64,000 nt of DNA from Haliotis cracherodii (Eukaryota). How positions within the stretch are numbered: the stretch's first letter is position 1; every line of letters begins with the position of its first letter. The translations under genes were made by a program, and so were the position numbers. The notes under the pieces are model-generated. The model did no database searches, was not told the DNA's origin, and was given only the letters and a program-made list of their open reading frames with translations. The stretch is from positions 67,642,001 to 67,706,000 of the forward strand of contig NW_027266275.1 in assembly GCF_022045235.1 (NCBI RefSeq), given 5' to 3'. This document shows, one piece after another, positions 38,750 to 50,800 of the stretch.

Positions 38750-40020
38750 TCTGGGTTAATATATTGTTTCAATTTGGGAATCAGTAACAATTGAGTGCAG
38801 GCTCTGAAATATTTGTAGTTCAAATAAAATGTAGTTCATCGTGAAAATGGAAAACAGATTAATCAAAGCATGTTATCTTAATAAGTCATCCCTACTGGTG
38901 TTGGAATCCTTTACTGAATGCATTACGTGAAATGAAATGATGTGGCATATTTAAAGCTGTTTGCTCCTATACAATGCTGCATAGATATCTGATTATAAGT
39001 GACGGCAAGATCAATAGCCGCCTGATAATAAAAAGGGATTATGTCCTGTAACAGAAAAGAAGATAATCAAAAGATACGATCGATATGTTAGGTTCCATAT
39101 TTGCACGAACCATGGAATGATGGTATGTCAAGGAAAACGAAATACACAGCTGTTGGGTAAATCAATATAATAGCACGATAGCAAATACGTTGAATTTGGG
39201 ATATTACATGCAGGCCATAATTGAAAAGTGGATACACGGGGAATATGTAAGATGAGAAATACCTGTTCGTCATTTAAACATAGTTCTACTGACCCTGAGT
39301 CGATTGATTCATTTCCCCAAATGTGGCACAAGAACATCATACAATCAGTAGGACCTAAATATTACCTAACGTACTAGGTCAACAAATTTTCCGTTACTAC
39401 ACGTTGATGCTATACTATTCCTAACTAAAGGAGAACTGGTTCTTCTATTCTCCAACTAAGTTTGTGTCAGGAACCGCCAAAAGTGTGTTCAACCTTTCGA
39501 AAGATATACCCCATCGTCCATATTTTGATAAATTAAACCTCACTACATTTCATAATAATGTTTATCAAGTCAAGGTGGACTTTCACATTTCCATACATTG
39601 ACCCAGACGTATTAAGTAGTTAAGGAAGTGTGGACATTTAGTGGATGATTTATGGGAAAACGTACCAGCGTTAAGAGGGGTGCGATGTTCCTTTTATGAA
39701 ACACCGTGCCATGCACTGCCACAATCTGAAGTGGTTTATATTGATTTCATTATTCGAACGGTACTCTCAACCACACAAACATTGTTAATCCAGACGCGCT
39801 GTTACCAGTGAGTGTGGAGTTTCGAGGTTAAAGAGGCGTGTATTAGAGGGCATAAAATGATATACACGTTTGGAAATGGATTATACAGGAAATGTGTGTC
39901 TGGGAGTAATGAAGTAGGGCAGCATTGACACAACGATATTATAGTGGATACACGTTCTATACCCCATTACCCCAAACCTTAATCTGTTACGCACAAGATC
40001 GATAATTTACATTTCATATT
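38750..40020 (+). pseudogene. Bunyavirus-like L thumb-to-C-terminal fossil (#3)
   Basis: HP..YLKLFAP..ARSIAA (phlebovirus-like KVHSP..RVVAA), IIEKW, FTFPYIDPD. Confidence 0.5.
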
Positions 40021-40270
40021 GTGAATGAGTGACTGATTTTGGGTTAACGCCTATTTGAGCATCTTTTCATTTAAATCATGGCTTGGTACGGAAGTAAAGT
40101 CCAAAGTGTTGAAGACCATTTTGGCGAAAGCACGGGTGTTGTGCTGACAAATCTAGAAACAGAATAAAAACAAACTGGGATTCGAAGCCACGGTCATAGG
40201 GTTCTATCAGGCTTCTCAGCACAGAGTATTGCAACGCCTTATACTTCTTGGACAGTCATGCCACCAAATG
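40020..40270 (-). mobile_element. Old SINE family B copy, orthologous to 10693-10962
   Basis: Same position in the mirror arm; gtgctgacaaatctagaaaca..ggattcgaa. Confidence 0.75.
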
Positions 40271-40279
40271 ATGTAAGAA

Positions 40280-42950
40280 ATATGTTGTATGTGACACAAC
40301 AGGGTAATGCGTCTTGCTTTTGTGACAATGAATGACGTCAAAGCGTGAGGTGTTGCGCTTATATTTATCTGTTCGTAGCAGCTCTGAATGATCATGTATA
40401 AAGTAGTAAAGATTCCCCTTACAGGCCACGTATAATTAATTTAAAATCTAAACAAGACACCTTGAATGGAAGCGGTTGCTAATGAGAAAATACACTAAAT
40501 ACAACATGATACACATTTACAGTTTTAAATGTTGTTCTGAATAATTACATCTACCTGATAAACTACACAAGGGTTTAGAGGCATTGACCAAATGCTAACA
40601 AAGAAATGTCAGAAATGAGATTTGACATTTACATGGTTAGTAGTGATACAGGTGACAAACGAGCAGTTAATAGCTTTTCATGTAACAAAGCCTTGTGTTG
40701 TTGAAGGAGCTCTTAATACGTCTGAGCGTGTGAATATAGATATGTTTTTGTTGATAATCTGAGATAAGGTTTTATATGCGACTGTGTGTATTGTGCTTCA
40801 TTTACTTTGACTATGGGACCGACAGTTTAATAATATTCTCTCCAACGTGTGCGTGTGTACATGTAGGTGTGCGTGCGGACGAGTGTGGGACTATGATTTC
40901 ACTTAGAGATTCAAAGCATACAATTTTCTCAAATTATTTTCTCAATTTATGCTCTCTTATTTTACCACAAGACATATTTCGTAAAAAGATCCAGCAGGTT
41001 CTGTGAGCGAGTTACCTTTTTGTGTGAAAACAAGAGGACAAAACTATGTTTTCAGGCATTTTCTAGAATAGATGGCGTTTGGCTAAAAAGAACTTGCTCC
41101 TCCTCCATCCCAGAATATCCGGTGGTCACCCCCTGTCCAGATTAGAGATACGCGCAAACCTCAGTTTTTAAATTTTTTGTTGACATTTAACAACTGCAGA
41201 TAAGAAAACAATACATGCTATCATTGGATCAGTGTTTATCTTGATAAACGGATGGTACTGCACTGCTTATATTGTCACGATCCATGACATGTTAATAACA
41301 CGACACTGAAGGACACTGACCGCCTCCGTGGTCAAGTGGTAGAGCGTCCGCCCGGAGAGCGGAAGGTTTGGGGTTCGATCCCCGGCCGCGTCATACCAAA
41401 AGACGTTAAAAGATGGTACTTGTTGTTACCCTGTCTGGCGCTGGGCATTAAGGGGCTAAAACAAGGACTGTTCGGCTCGGAGTCAGTATACTGTGTCTGA
41501 GTGGGGTATTCATCTTAAACTGCGGCACGGGATCTCTGTGGGCTAGCACTATAAATCGACATCAGTCCGGACTAGTACAAGCAGCCACACACACGTGCAT
41601 GCACATCGCTATATAAGTGCAATAATCTTGGACGCGACGTTAAACCCAATTTCACCTCATCTCACTGAGGGACACGAACTATTGCTAGAAATCATTATGT
41701 GAAAAATGATTGAAATAAATAAATGTAATGCACAGAGAGTTTTTGTTTCTCATGTTTAAGATCTTGAAAATTCGACGTCTTTTCAACGTTGTTGCACTGA
41801 GTGCAAGGTAAGAGAAATAAAAATAATAATTCCATTGCAATATCTTTACAGTAAGCCAGTCATATAGTTTCCGAAAATCGCATTTCGTGCTAACGAATTG
41901 ATAACTCGTGTTTAATCTAATACCATCACCCCAGTGCCCTCCTATCTCAACCAGACGTACATAGACTTAACAATATAACAAACAAATGTTTGGCCCAAAG
42001 TGAGGTCCAAAACATTTTACATCAAGGACTTTGATCCACAACAGGCGGCCCTGAAACGACTCTCTAGTATGTGTTGTTCAATCAAATGGTCAGTTGAGTA
42101 GTCGGTCCTGTATAGGGGCAGTATTTGCGAGGATCAAAGAAGATTATTAACTTGCAAATCTTTAAAATATTTATGAATCTCGAAAAAAATGCGTATGCCG
42201 CCATAAGTGGGCAATATGAATTCAATCATGAAGCATTTTCATTTATAGCTATAACAAAATTACATAGACATGGAATCTTTGGAAAATGAGAACAACAAAA
42301 GCGACGAAAGGGTTATTGCTTGTCTGATCAGTAAATCAGCAGGAATTGAATCTTCAGAAAAGGCTATCACTCGTGGACAAACAGGGCCAGTACACCTCAT
42401 CCAATCAGAACTGACATGAAACGTGTAAGTAATTGGTCTCAGTTACCGCAGAAGTTGGCAACAAGCCACTGAGTGTTGATAAAGTCGTTGTGACCTATTC
42501 ATCTGTAGATCACATCATATCAGCGAGAGAACACCAACTGGCAATTGGCTTTAATCCAGTTGGACTGTGCAATTACTCTGAAATACCCCTGTGAGTGACA
42601 TGTAGTACTGCAATACCAAAAACATTCCAAGAGTAAATGTAGTGTCATTGATTAGCTATAAAATATATTCCCCAAGATCAAAGGATTCAACTGTGAAGGC
42701 GTGTGAACTAAAAACATCTACTTGCTGTTGCATGTTGGCAAATCAGACATCACATGAAAAGTTACTTTCCCCCAAAGATCAAGCCTGTCAATCATACTCA
42801 ATATACGGGAACCTCTCTCTAGTTTTATCCGTTTAGGTTGACACCAATGTAAATAATTGTTTTGAAAATGTAAATGTCACTCTCTCGCAATTGCGATTTA
42901 GAGAGCTTCAGCTATCGCTCCTCTTATAATGACAGTGTTTTTGTGTATTT
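40280..42950 (+). pseudogene. L: Bunyavirus-like L (RdRp) core fossil (#4)
   Basis: EINKCNAQRVF (41712-41744; orthobunya DMSKWSAQDVF), KIIIP, TN**LVFNLIPS (motif B NWxQGxFNxxSS), LSS (motif C, ~42063), YESRKK (motif D), GQYEFN (motif E), LISYKIYSP; spacing matches bunya L. Confidence 0.75.
41318..41665 (+). mobile_element. Full-length tRNA-derived SINE family D
   Basis: A/B boxes (tggtcaagtgg, ggttcgatccc); TSD cactga(a/g)ggacac. Confidence 0.9.
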
Positions 42951-43399
42951 GTTTTCAAATCTTAAAGTTACTGTCCAAATAACAAAAAGAACGTGCATTC
43001 TCTTGCGTTGTGCACTCTACAAATTCGGTTCAGATTCAATTCACAATCCTACCAGATGATACGAGTCGTTTAAACACCACTGTGTGTCTGTAAGCACAAA
43101 TTGTGTGATGTATACAAATGTAACAATTCATGATTATACTAATTACAGAGATACAATGTCTGATTTCACACATCACACTTATTACAACGACGAGACAAAG
43201 GCTGAAAATGGATTCCAGAACAGGGTACAAAGTCTCCTATTAAAAAACCCAAAAAGGAGTTAGTACAGAAGCTTGATCACCGAGTTAAACGTTTTAAACT
43301 ATTAATGTCTCATGAATCGGGAGATGGACATAACATGTGTTCAATGAGACCAATGTCACCTGTAACCGCTCTTTGGATTTTCTAAGTTTTGGTTGTAAA

Positions 43400-44400
43400 G
43401 CACTACTATGACGTTATTTGTTGTACATGAATGTGAAGTCACAGCTTATCGAGCCCTCTGTAGTTGGTACTCTTCAGTCAACTTATTTCAGGTTTTCCGC
43501 CAAAAATATATTACACATACATTTTAATATTACGTTAAATTAAAACAACAATATAAGATAACAAAAGGTGGAAACTAACAAAGGATGCCAACAATTAATT
43601 GCCGCTGATAGGTGAGCAAAATCCCTTGTTAGATTCCATCTTTTCTTATCTTATTACTTTTGTTGTCCTTACATGTACATATATATGTTCTCTGCCTCAT
43701 AGCATTCATTCACCTAATGGAGTAAACATATACTCTGAAACGTTGTGTTTCCTCATAATAATGAACATCCATCAGTTCTCTTCCTTTTGTGTATCACTTC
43801 TAAATGTCATTCAAAGACTTAGGTTCTATCTTGATTGAATATTTGATTTTTTCTCATTTCAAAGTTCAATTCTCAACTGATAGTATGTTTGCATATAAAA
43901 GGGACAAATACCTTTCCAACTATATCATGAACGATTATGAATCATTGTGAAATAATGATGATACCAAGTGTTCGTGAAAAGGGTAGCATATCAATTACTT
44001 TCTTCTGGTTCAGGTTATTCTCAAAACGTTGAACTTATGCTTTCATAACTGGATGTCCAACACACGACAGTAATCCCCAAGACGTTTTGCAACACGAGAT
44101 TTCAGCGAGCTGACAGGAAATTGTAATTTCGTTTACCGAATCATCTATATCTCAGGAAGAAAAAAGTGGAAAAATAGGAATAGTATTTTTTGAGGACGTA
44201 GACGGCTATTTGAATATCCTAACGAAATGATCTGTTTCAAATACACGTTGCAATGTGGTTTGCTCTCAGGCATTTACGATAAGAAATATTTAAATGTTTG
44301 GTTTTCTTTTCATTTGAATCATCCTTTCCACCAAATATCAGATTATTTTCAATTGTAACGCATACATGTAAACTATTTGAATGTCATTTATATTACGACT
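43400..44400 (+). pseudogene. PA: Orthomyxo-like PA-C fossil
   Basis: LPLIGEQNPLLDSI (influenza LDEIGEDVAPIEHI), LHIKGT, NWMSNTRQ; homolog of 7450-7900. Confidence 0.6.
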
Positions 44401-44429
44401 TGCTTTGAAGTCTTTGGTTTTTTTAGAAC

Positions 44430-44900
44430 AAGAATATTCTGTGTCGTTGAAAGAAATCAAACGACTCCAACGACATTTGCTGATGGATGCGTCTAGTGAG
44501 AGCTAACAATATCGACTAGAGAGTAAGTCCTTGGTACTGTTTCTTTGAAACGTTTAACCAAACCGATATCAGCCTAACGCCTCATTTCCCAGAATCTGAA
44601 ACACACAAATGAGGTAAAGTACTTGGTACTTGGAACTAAAGTAATTTTCTCAAACAAAAATCAGTTTCCCCAAATAGTCCACAATATTTCAAATTTTAGA
44701 AAGCAGCAACAGTTTCAGTTGCTCCACGAACATTATTATACACAAGGTCATTCAATCTTAGTAACGTGTTACAGAACGTTGACATAGCAGCTGATGATGT
44801 TAATTCAACTACTTGTGGGCTGTCAAGATGGCTTGCTGCTACCAATATGTTGGTCATGTACACACAGGTGAGTTATAACTATATTATTTTAATATATTAT
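44430..44900 (-). pseudogene. Possible PB1 C-terminal fossil
   Basis: DYLGKL (influenza DYQGRL), ST.YFT, FKETVP. Confidence 0.35.
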
Positions 44901-45600
44901 TGTTGACAATAAACAGCTTCGTCAGTTAGTTAAATATGGCCCAGAATATAGTGAACAGCCTGATACCAAGAGGGATCACAACTTGATCAAGTGATGTTGT
45001 CATTGGTTGAGTTGCACAATCTGAAACAGACGTAACAGAATTGGAATAAACCCACCAGTCTCGGCCGTCTGGCTGCCATACATGAAAACGTTTTAGTTAT
45101 TCCCAGTGAGAAGGGCCCGAATAACATCTACATTATTTGTTTGATCAAAGAAGCTGGCATAAGTGAATATCAATTAATGCCACATATAAGACCAATATGT
45201 TAACTGAGGAAGAAATCTGTCAAAACCACGAATCTTGGACTATAGGCTTTACTCTCAAACCTGAAGACATGTGAATTCCTCGCTTGTACTAGATTCCAAA
45301 GCTCCATGAAAGTTCAAACAGATATATTGCTGGTTCCTGTGAATGTAACACCAAATCCCTGTCTCCAAGATTAATCATAATTCTTAAGACGATCAGGGAA
45401 AAACTTTCAATTTATTCAAAAAAAGTATTTAAGACAAGTGGAATTAATACCATGTGGATTCACAAAAACCCTTAAAAGAGTCGCTGGAATGTTCAACCAA
45501 GTTCAATTCTGTTGAAACGTTGTGATTTTTCAACTTTGTACAACACTATCTGGCGCAACAAAGACGGGAAAACGTTATTTCTTGATTCATATTTGGCTTT
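44900..45600 (+). mobile_element. Penelope-like reverse transcriptase N-terminal fossil
   Basis: PRLY*IPKLH..RYIAGS..TKSLS..SGINTMWIHKN..DFSTLYNTI. Confidence 0.9.
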
Positions 45601-45725
45601 ACATCAAGAAAACTTCCAACTTGATACAGTTTTAATACTCTCTTTTCTGTGCTCAAAGTAAACGAAATACTGAACCGACCTACTCAACGTATACTTAAAA
45701 GAGATAAGAATTTCACAACATAAAA

Positions 45726-46006
45726 GGGGGCACGGGTGGCCCAGCCGTCTAAGGCGCCGCGATTCGCTGTGCAGAGTTGCGTCCCTTGGGCACGCCAGAA
45801 ACCTATGATTGTGGGTTCGAATCCCGGTTCGCCCCAATTATGTTTCTAGGTTTGTCAGCACCATACCCGTGCTCGTGGGTTTCACCGAAGTGGTAAACGT
45901 CTAAGACCTGCATCACTTTGGGCTTTCCTCCCACATTAAGCTGACACGCTGCGATATAACTGGAATACTGTTAAAAGCGGCGTTAAACCCAACTCACTCA
46001 CTCACT
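45726..46006 (+). mobile_element. Full-length tRNA-derived SINE family B
   Basis: tRNA-like head, (ctca)n tail, TSD tcacaacataaaag. Confidence 0.95.
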
Positions 46007-46089
46007 CACAACATAAAAGAAAAAACCCTTTTCCATAATTTTAAGAAATCTTTGCTGAAAGTAGAGTTAACTGTACGATTGCCGAACAT

Positions 46090-47300
46090 ATAAAAACCCC
46101 GCAAAAGTGTTGCCGACATCCATACAAAGTTAATACCACAAATGAATTGGTCATGGATTGGGATTGATTTACTGCAGACTGCAGAAATTTGGTGAAAAGA
46201 GCCTGACGCCGAAACACACCAACATGACATCCACGCGTAACATCACTTGCTCGGTTTTCATTTATATGCCATCACAATCTTACAGCAAGTGATGTGCGAT
46301 AACATGCCACGACTGACGGAACCCAACGCATCAACCGCATCAGCCGACTCAAAACAGGAGAATTATCTTCAGCTGTAGGCAGGTTTTTTCACGTAGCACC
46401 AGACACCATTACAAGACTGTAGAACTGTTATCAGACACACGGACAACACTTGACCTACCAAGATCCGGTCGACCATGCTTCAGTACTAGAGCACAGGACA
46501 GATTCATACAGCTATGTCACTTACGTGAAAACCCCCAACGGCCACCTCTACAACTACGTCAATACCAGGATTGCGTAGGATATCAGCCCAGACAGTGAGA
46601 AACCGTTTACGTGCTGAAGGTATTCGCTCTAGACGACCAGTTCGAGGTGTCATTTTGACGGACCTGCATCTTCGGCTGCGACATCAATGGTGTCAAGGTC
46701 ACAGAGTATGGCCACAACTGCGATGGAGACAAGTTTGGTTTTGTGACGAGTCACGTGTTTCATGCTTCGCCCCACGGATGGTAGACGTCGTGGTTACAGG
46801 CGTCACCAGGAACGTTATGTACGAAACTGCATACAGAAAGTAGGCAGATTTGGTGGTGGTAGTAAGATGATGTGGGAAGCCCTCTCCTACACTGGTAGAA
46901 CAGACTTGGTGCAATTTAACGGCACAACATTACACGGATGAAATTAGTCGGCAACACGTCCTCCCATTATGCAACAAGCGAATGTCATTTCCAACAAGAC
47001 AGCGATCGACCTCATACGGCAAGACTGACAACTACCTTCAGCTTTGATTGCAGCTTTGAAGTTATCGAACATGCTCTGTATTCACCAGATTTAATCATTC
47101 TGCTTTCCACCTCTTCCAAAACTGATAGAAAGAACAACCTGGCAAGCATTAGGGAAATGAAAATGACGTCATGTTTGCTGTGAAGGACATTTCATACCAC
47201 CAGGTGTAAGCCGCCTGCACCAGTGGAATCTAGGCACTTCACACAGTCCATCGAAGCTGGGCTAAGACTTTTCAGCCACCCATCGTATAAGGTGATTATT
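46090..47300 (+). mobile_element. Decayed Tc1 transposon joined to a mariner-like 3' remnant
   Basis: RRISAQTVRNRLR..WFCDESR..FQQD..RPHTAR..YSPDL. Confidence 0.85.
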
Positions 47301-47329
47301 TGTGTTAAAGTGATGTGTTACTACTTTAT

Positions 47330-48050
47330 ATCTTAACACCTTATCATTTCTATATCTGACTGCAGGATCTTGTTAGTCCGAATCTGAGAATGGGATCATG
47401 CTGACAGTAGAGATTAGGAGGATTACTTTTATCATGCTATGTTTGATAATTCCTAAACTCCCCCAAGCAGGCGTTGTTTTATAGTTATCGCTGTAATATG
47501 ACTTGGTATCAAATGACAAAACTGTAAACAAATTATTTCATTTTCTTCATACTGAAATGTATTTCCGAAGCTTTTTTACCACAGTTTGGGACAATTTGGG
47601 GTTCGGAGGTCACCAGTAACCAAGGCTTGTAATAGGCGACTGAATTGATCAGGTGGTCAAAGTGATCTTGCTAATCATGTTATCACAGCCCGACGGCGTT
47701 CCTCTCAAAATCCAGCACTTGTTTGTCCGTTCCAGATTCCATTATTCAGAGGCTGCCGTCATATAACTGGAATATTGCTGAACACACACCCAAAGAAATT
47801 GAATTCTAACTTTATACTTGCGTTACGAACTGTTCTTTAGCTGCCACTCAGTATTTAGAATTGCTAACATTAAGATCGCCTGCCAAGATGTGTTTGGAAA
47901 GAACATATTTCTACGGGCAATAAACATTAACACGGGGAGATTGAATATACATGTACGTCTTTTTATGTGACTTTTATTGCATGATGTTTCAATATCTCAT
48001 ATAGAACCAAGACAAATTTCATTCAACTTCGTTCGTCTACAGTCACTCTT
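47330..48050 (-). pseudogene. Orthomyxo-like PB1 fossil (motif B to post-E), interrupted by a degenerate SINE at ~47615-47790
   Basis: FG..SMKK (motif D), LGIIKHSMIKVILLISTVSM (influenza [20 protein letters not shown]). Confidence 0.5.
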
Positions 48051-49300
48051 TTTTTTGTGAAATTCACAATAATATATCATTCTTCTAACTTCCCATGATT
48101 TTATGGTGAAAGTATGAGGAATATCAAACAGATATTGTCGTATTAATTGATTAACTCTTGAGAGTTTAGGAATTCCAATTTCCTAGACTATTTAACGTAA
48201 CTATTGAAAACATTGAAAAACAAAATAAAAGATTTCATTTTGAAAGTTTTTTCCCAGAAGCATAAATGATCAGAAGACACGCTGTACTATTATTTCACAA
48301 AATCAAACAGGGCCCCTTGAATACCTACATACAGATTTAATTCAATCACTAACACCGGTCAGAGAGAGTGAGTGAGAGAGTATGGTTTTACGCCGCTTTT
48401 AGCAATATTCGAGCAATATCACGGCGGGGGACACAAGAAATGGGCTTCACACATTGTACCCATGTCGGGAATCGAACCCAGATTTTCGGCGTGACGTGAG
48501 AACGCTTTAAACACTTGGCTACCCGACCGCCCCAACACGGGTCAAAAGACGTCAACAATGGATAAAGGTCGTGTGCAACAGACAACAGACAAAACACAAT
48601 GAAGGTCATCCAGAAACTTTGCTCCAAGTAAGATCAGCACAATAAATTCCTTTTGGGTAAGAAGCCTCTGCGACACTTTGATTTTCGAATCTGATGATTG
48701 TGCTAAGCTGAGTTTTGTACCAGCAAAGAGGATTTATCTAAGATGAATCGATCATGGTCACATGAAGTTAAATAACCTTGATCACTGCTGAGCTGTGGAT
48801 ATATGGATGGCTTTAGTTAGAAGTTCTCTTTGTTGAAGTTTTTCTGTCTGCGCTAAATGACACTGCTGTCTTCACCCTTCATCATGTAATAGGGGTTGGC
48901 GGCGATGAGATCTGGTAGGACTTTTAAAACTGATGATGGATGTCCGGTTGGTCTCCACGTTTCACATGTGATATGTATTCATGTCCCGTAGATAAGTCTG
49001 TACATAGCACTCATAATTCTCTGTTTCTATACATGGTGTTGTTCGGTACCATACAACTTGAGAAAACAGTAATGGATAGAAATTCCCTTGACCATCCAAG
49101 ATAATTAGCAAGTGTTGTAACACAATGCATATGTAAATAAGCTTGGTGTTTATGGTCTGGAAATAACTTCACATTAATTCACATGTACATTATTGGACAG
49201 GAACAAGGCGAAAACACAATTGAGGGATACGTTCAGGAAACATTTAACATAATTTATCTGAAGAGAGACAGAAGGATGGAAACGTGTTTGTAATGTCAAA
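48050..49300 (-). pseudogene. Possible PB2 mid/627-domain fossil
   Basis: ANPYYMM, INPLCW, SKVSG..RLLT, GALFDF in an order compatible with PB2. Confidence 0.4.
48362..48533 (-). mobile_element. SINE family C
   Basis: Reverse complement of 15566-15746. Confidence 0.9.
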
Positions 49301-49434
49301 TGTTACAAAATGCTTACAGAATAAATGTGAATGAAATCAATTCAGAGCTATTTTAAAAACACACACACACACCACTATTGTTTCTAGACAATAACAATTC
49401 TTGCATTACGTCAATTTCACAATAACACTTGAAC

Positions 49435-49611
49435 ACAGTACACTACGGTTATAACGAACTCATAGGGACCAATAATTGTAGTTCGTAATAACCGTGGTTC
49501 GTTATAAGCATATATACAGCACATATACAACAAATGGTCGGGACTAAACATGAGTTCGTTATATCGGTCAGTTCGTTATAAGCGTGTTCGTTATAAACGT
49601 AGTTTACTGTA
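49435..49611. mobile_element. MITE, same family as 22147-22324
   Basis: TIRs acagtacactacggttataacgaac / gttcgttataaacgtagtttactgt. Confidence 0.8.
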
Positions 49612-49649
49612 ATTATAAATCTTCAACGCCAGTGTATAATCAGTCTCGA

Positions 49650-50450
49650 TTATCTCCCGAAAGAGGTTCCATTGAGCGTAAAAATCTAAATAGCTGTGAG
49701 ACTTATACTAATGGATCACTGAAAATCATGAATACATGCCACATTTTATGGATAACAATTCCATTCTTTATTGCAACGACGTTTCAGAGCTACTTCTTGT
49801 CCCAACTTTAAGTGAATATCATGCAAGCGTATAGAGTAATGATGTAATATATTTAATCAGAATTTAACAATGACTCGTTCGACAAAATTATCTCAGACTA
49901 AAATTATAAAGTAAAGCTCTATAATAACAATGTGGAGCAGCGGCGAAATAAACCTCTGTGTGGGACATGAATCGGTTTCTTTAGAATTCGACACCCTCTG
50001 ATCTTCATGGGTTCTATAGAGATTAGAGACAGTGACTTAATTCATTGCCGTGAAAATATCCATAGTTAACTCAACATTGTCTTCATTGAGGTGTTGAAGT
50101 CCCTGGTTTATCAACAAGACACGTAGGAAAGATAGTTCGACAGAGCCAATGATGTCTTAAAATCCAAAGAGGAGACCAAGCTGAAGTCATCGGAGAAATG
50201 TGCGTCACTATCTCCTTTTGTTGCCTGTGTTGTCTGCACTGGTCCTTCATTTGTGTAACGATCCTTTCTTAACATCATCACATTAAAGAATTCATGAACC
50301 AACGTCAAAGCCTAGAGCATATCCCATAAACCTTGACTCGATGTTGATGAAATCTGCTCGTCAGAAGAATGACCGCCGGAAGTCGTCTGCTAAATCAAAC
50401 CTTAGAGGGCAGACGTTGATCACAGTCTTTAATGTCATACTGCAGAACAC
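49650..50450 (-). pseudogene. NP: Orthomyxo-like NP fossil
   Basis: LADDFRRSFF*RA, AHFSDDFSLVSSLDFKTSL (Thogoto-like EDLFVLSVL..DFQTR), ISIEPMKIRGCR (50023-49988; Thogoto-like ISCRPIFKGVR). Confidence 0.65.
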
Positions 50451-50459
50451 CAAAATAAG

Positions 50460-50800
50460 ATTCGCCAATAACCCTGTTTTGTAGGGGGTTTGAAGAGGTA
50501 CATAATGTGCAACGGCACACTTAACTGATTCTATTTGGATCATGTTGCTACGATGCCATTGGTATCGTTTTAAGATAAGAAAAATAATGTATACTGTACC
50601 AATAAGATTTACATGTACACATACCAATCTAAAATACATTCCATAAGAAGTTGTGTTGCTGTGACCAAAGGAGGACACCATTTTACAAATAAATTTACAT
50701 CTCAAAGTATGACAACTTTGTTTTGGGAAAAAATTGGTTGGAATGACTTCGTAGTAAAGTTGTGTCCGTGTATTCAGAAGATACATAAATAGTTATCAAT
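50460..50800 (+). pseudogene. PA: Orthomyxo-like PA-C fossil
   Basis: DHVATMPLVSF, KIYMYTYQSKIH (influenza NLYGFIIKGRSH), KIGWND..CIQKI; homolog of ~56880. Confidence 0.5.

Larger units (their letters stand above)
27746..42950. repeat. Right arm of large inverted duplication
   Basis: Reverse-complement homolog of 9250-26205 with arm-specific insertions and deletions. Confidence 0.95.

Noticed and set aside
38100-38750. Possible solo LTR or other insertion specific to the right arm
   Set aside because: It is compositionally distinct, but I could not identify a second copy, termini or a TSD
41700-42230. PB1 rather than bunya L assignment
   Set aside because: The motif A context (xxKxxAQxVF), the downstream PxPLGG and the KIYSP thumb fit bunya-type L better, though an HMM should decide
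9250-42950. Inverted pair of duplicated host genes with conserved exons
   Set aside because: The high-identity patches contain stops and frameshifts, lack consistent splice signals, and translate to viral motifs
45726-45835. tRNA genes (also 15566, 41318, 48533, 52430, 60390)
   Set aside because: These are tRNA-like heads fused to SINE bodies with simple-repeat tails, several with TSDs
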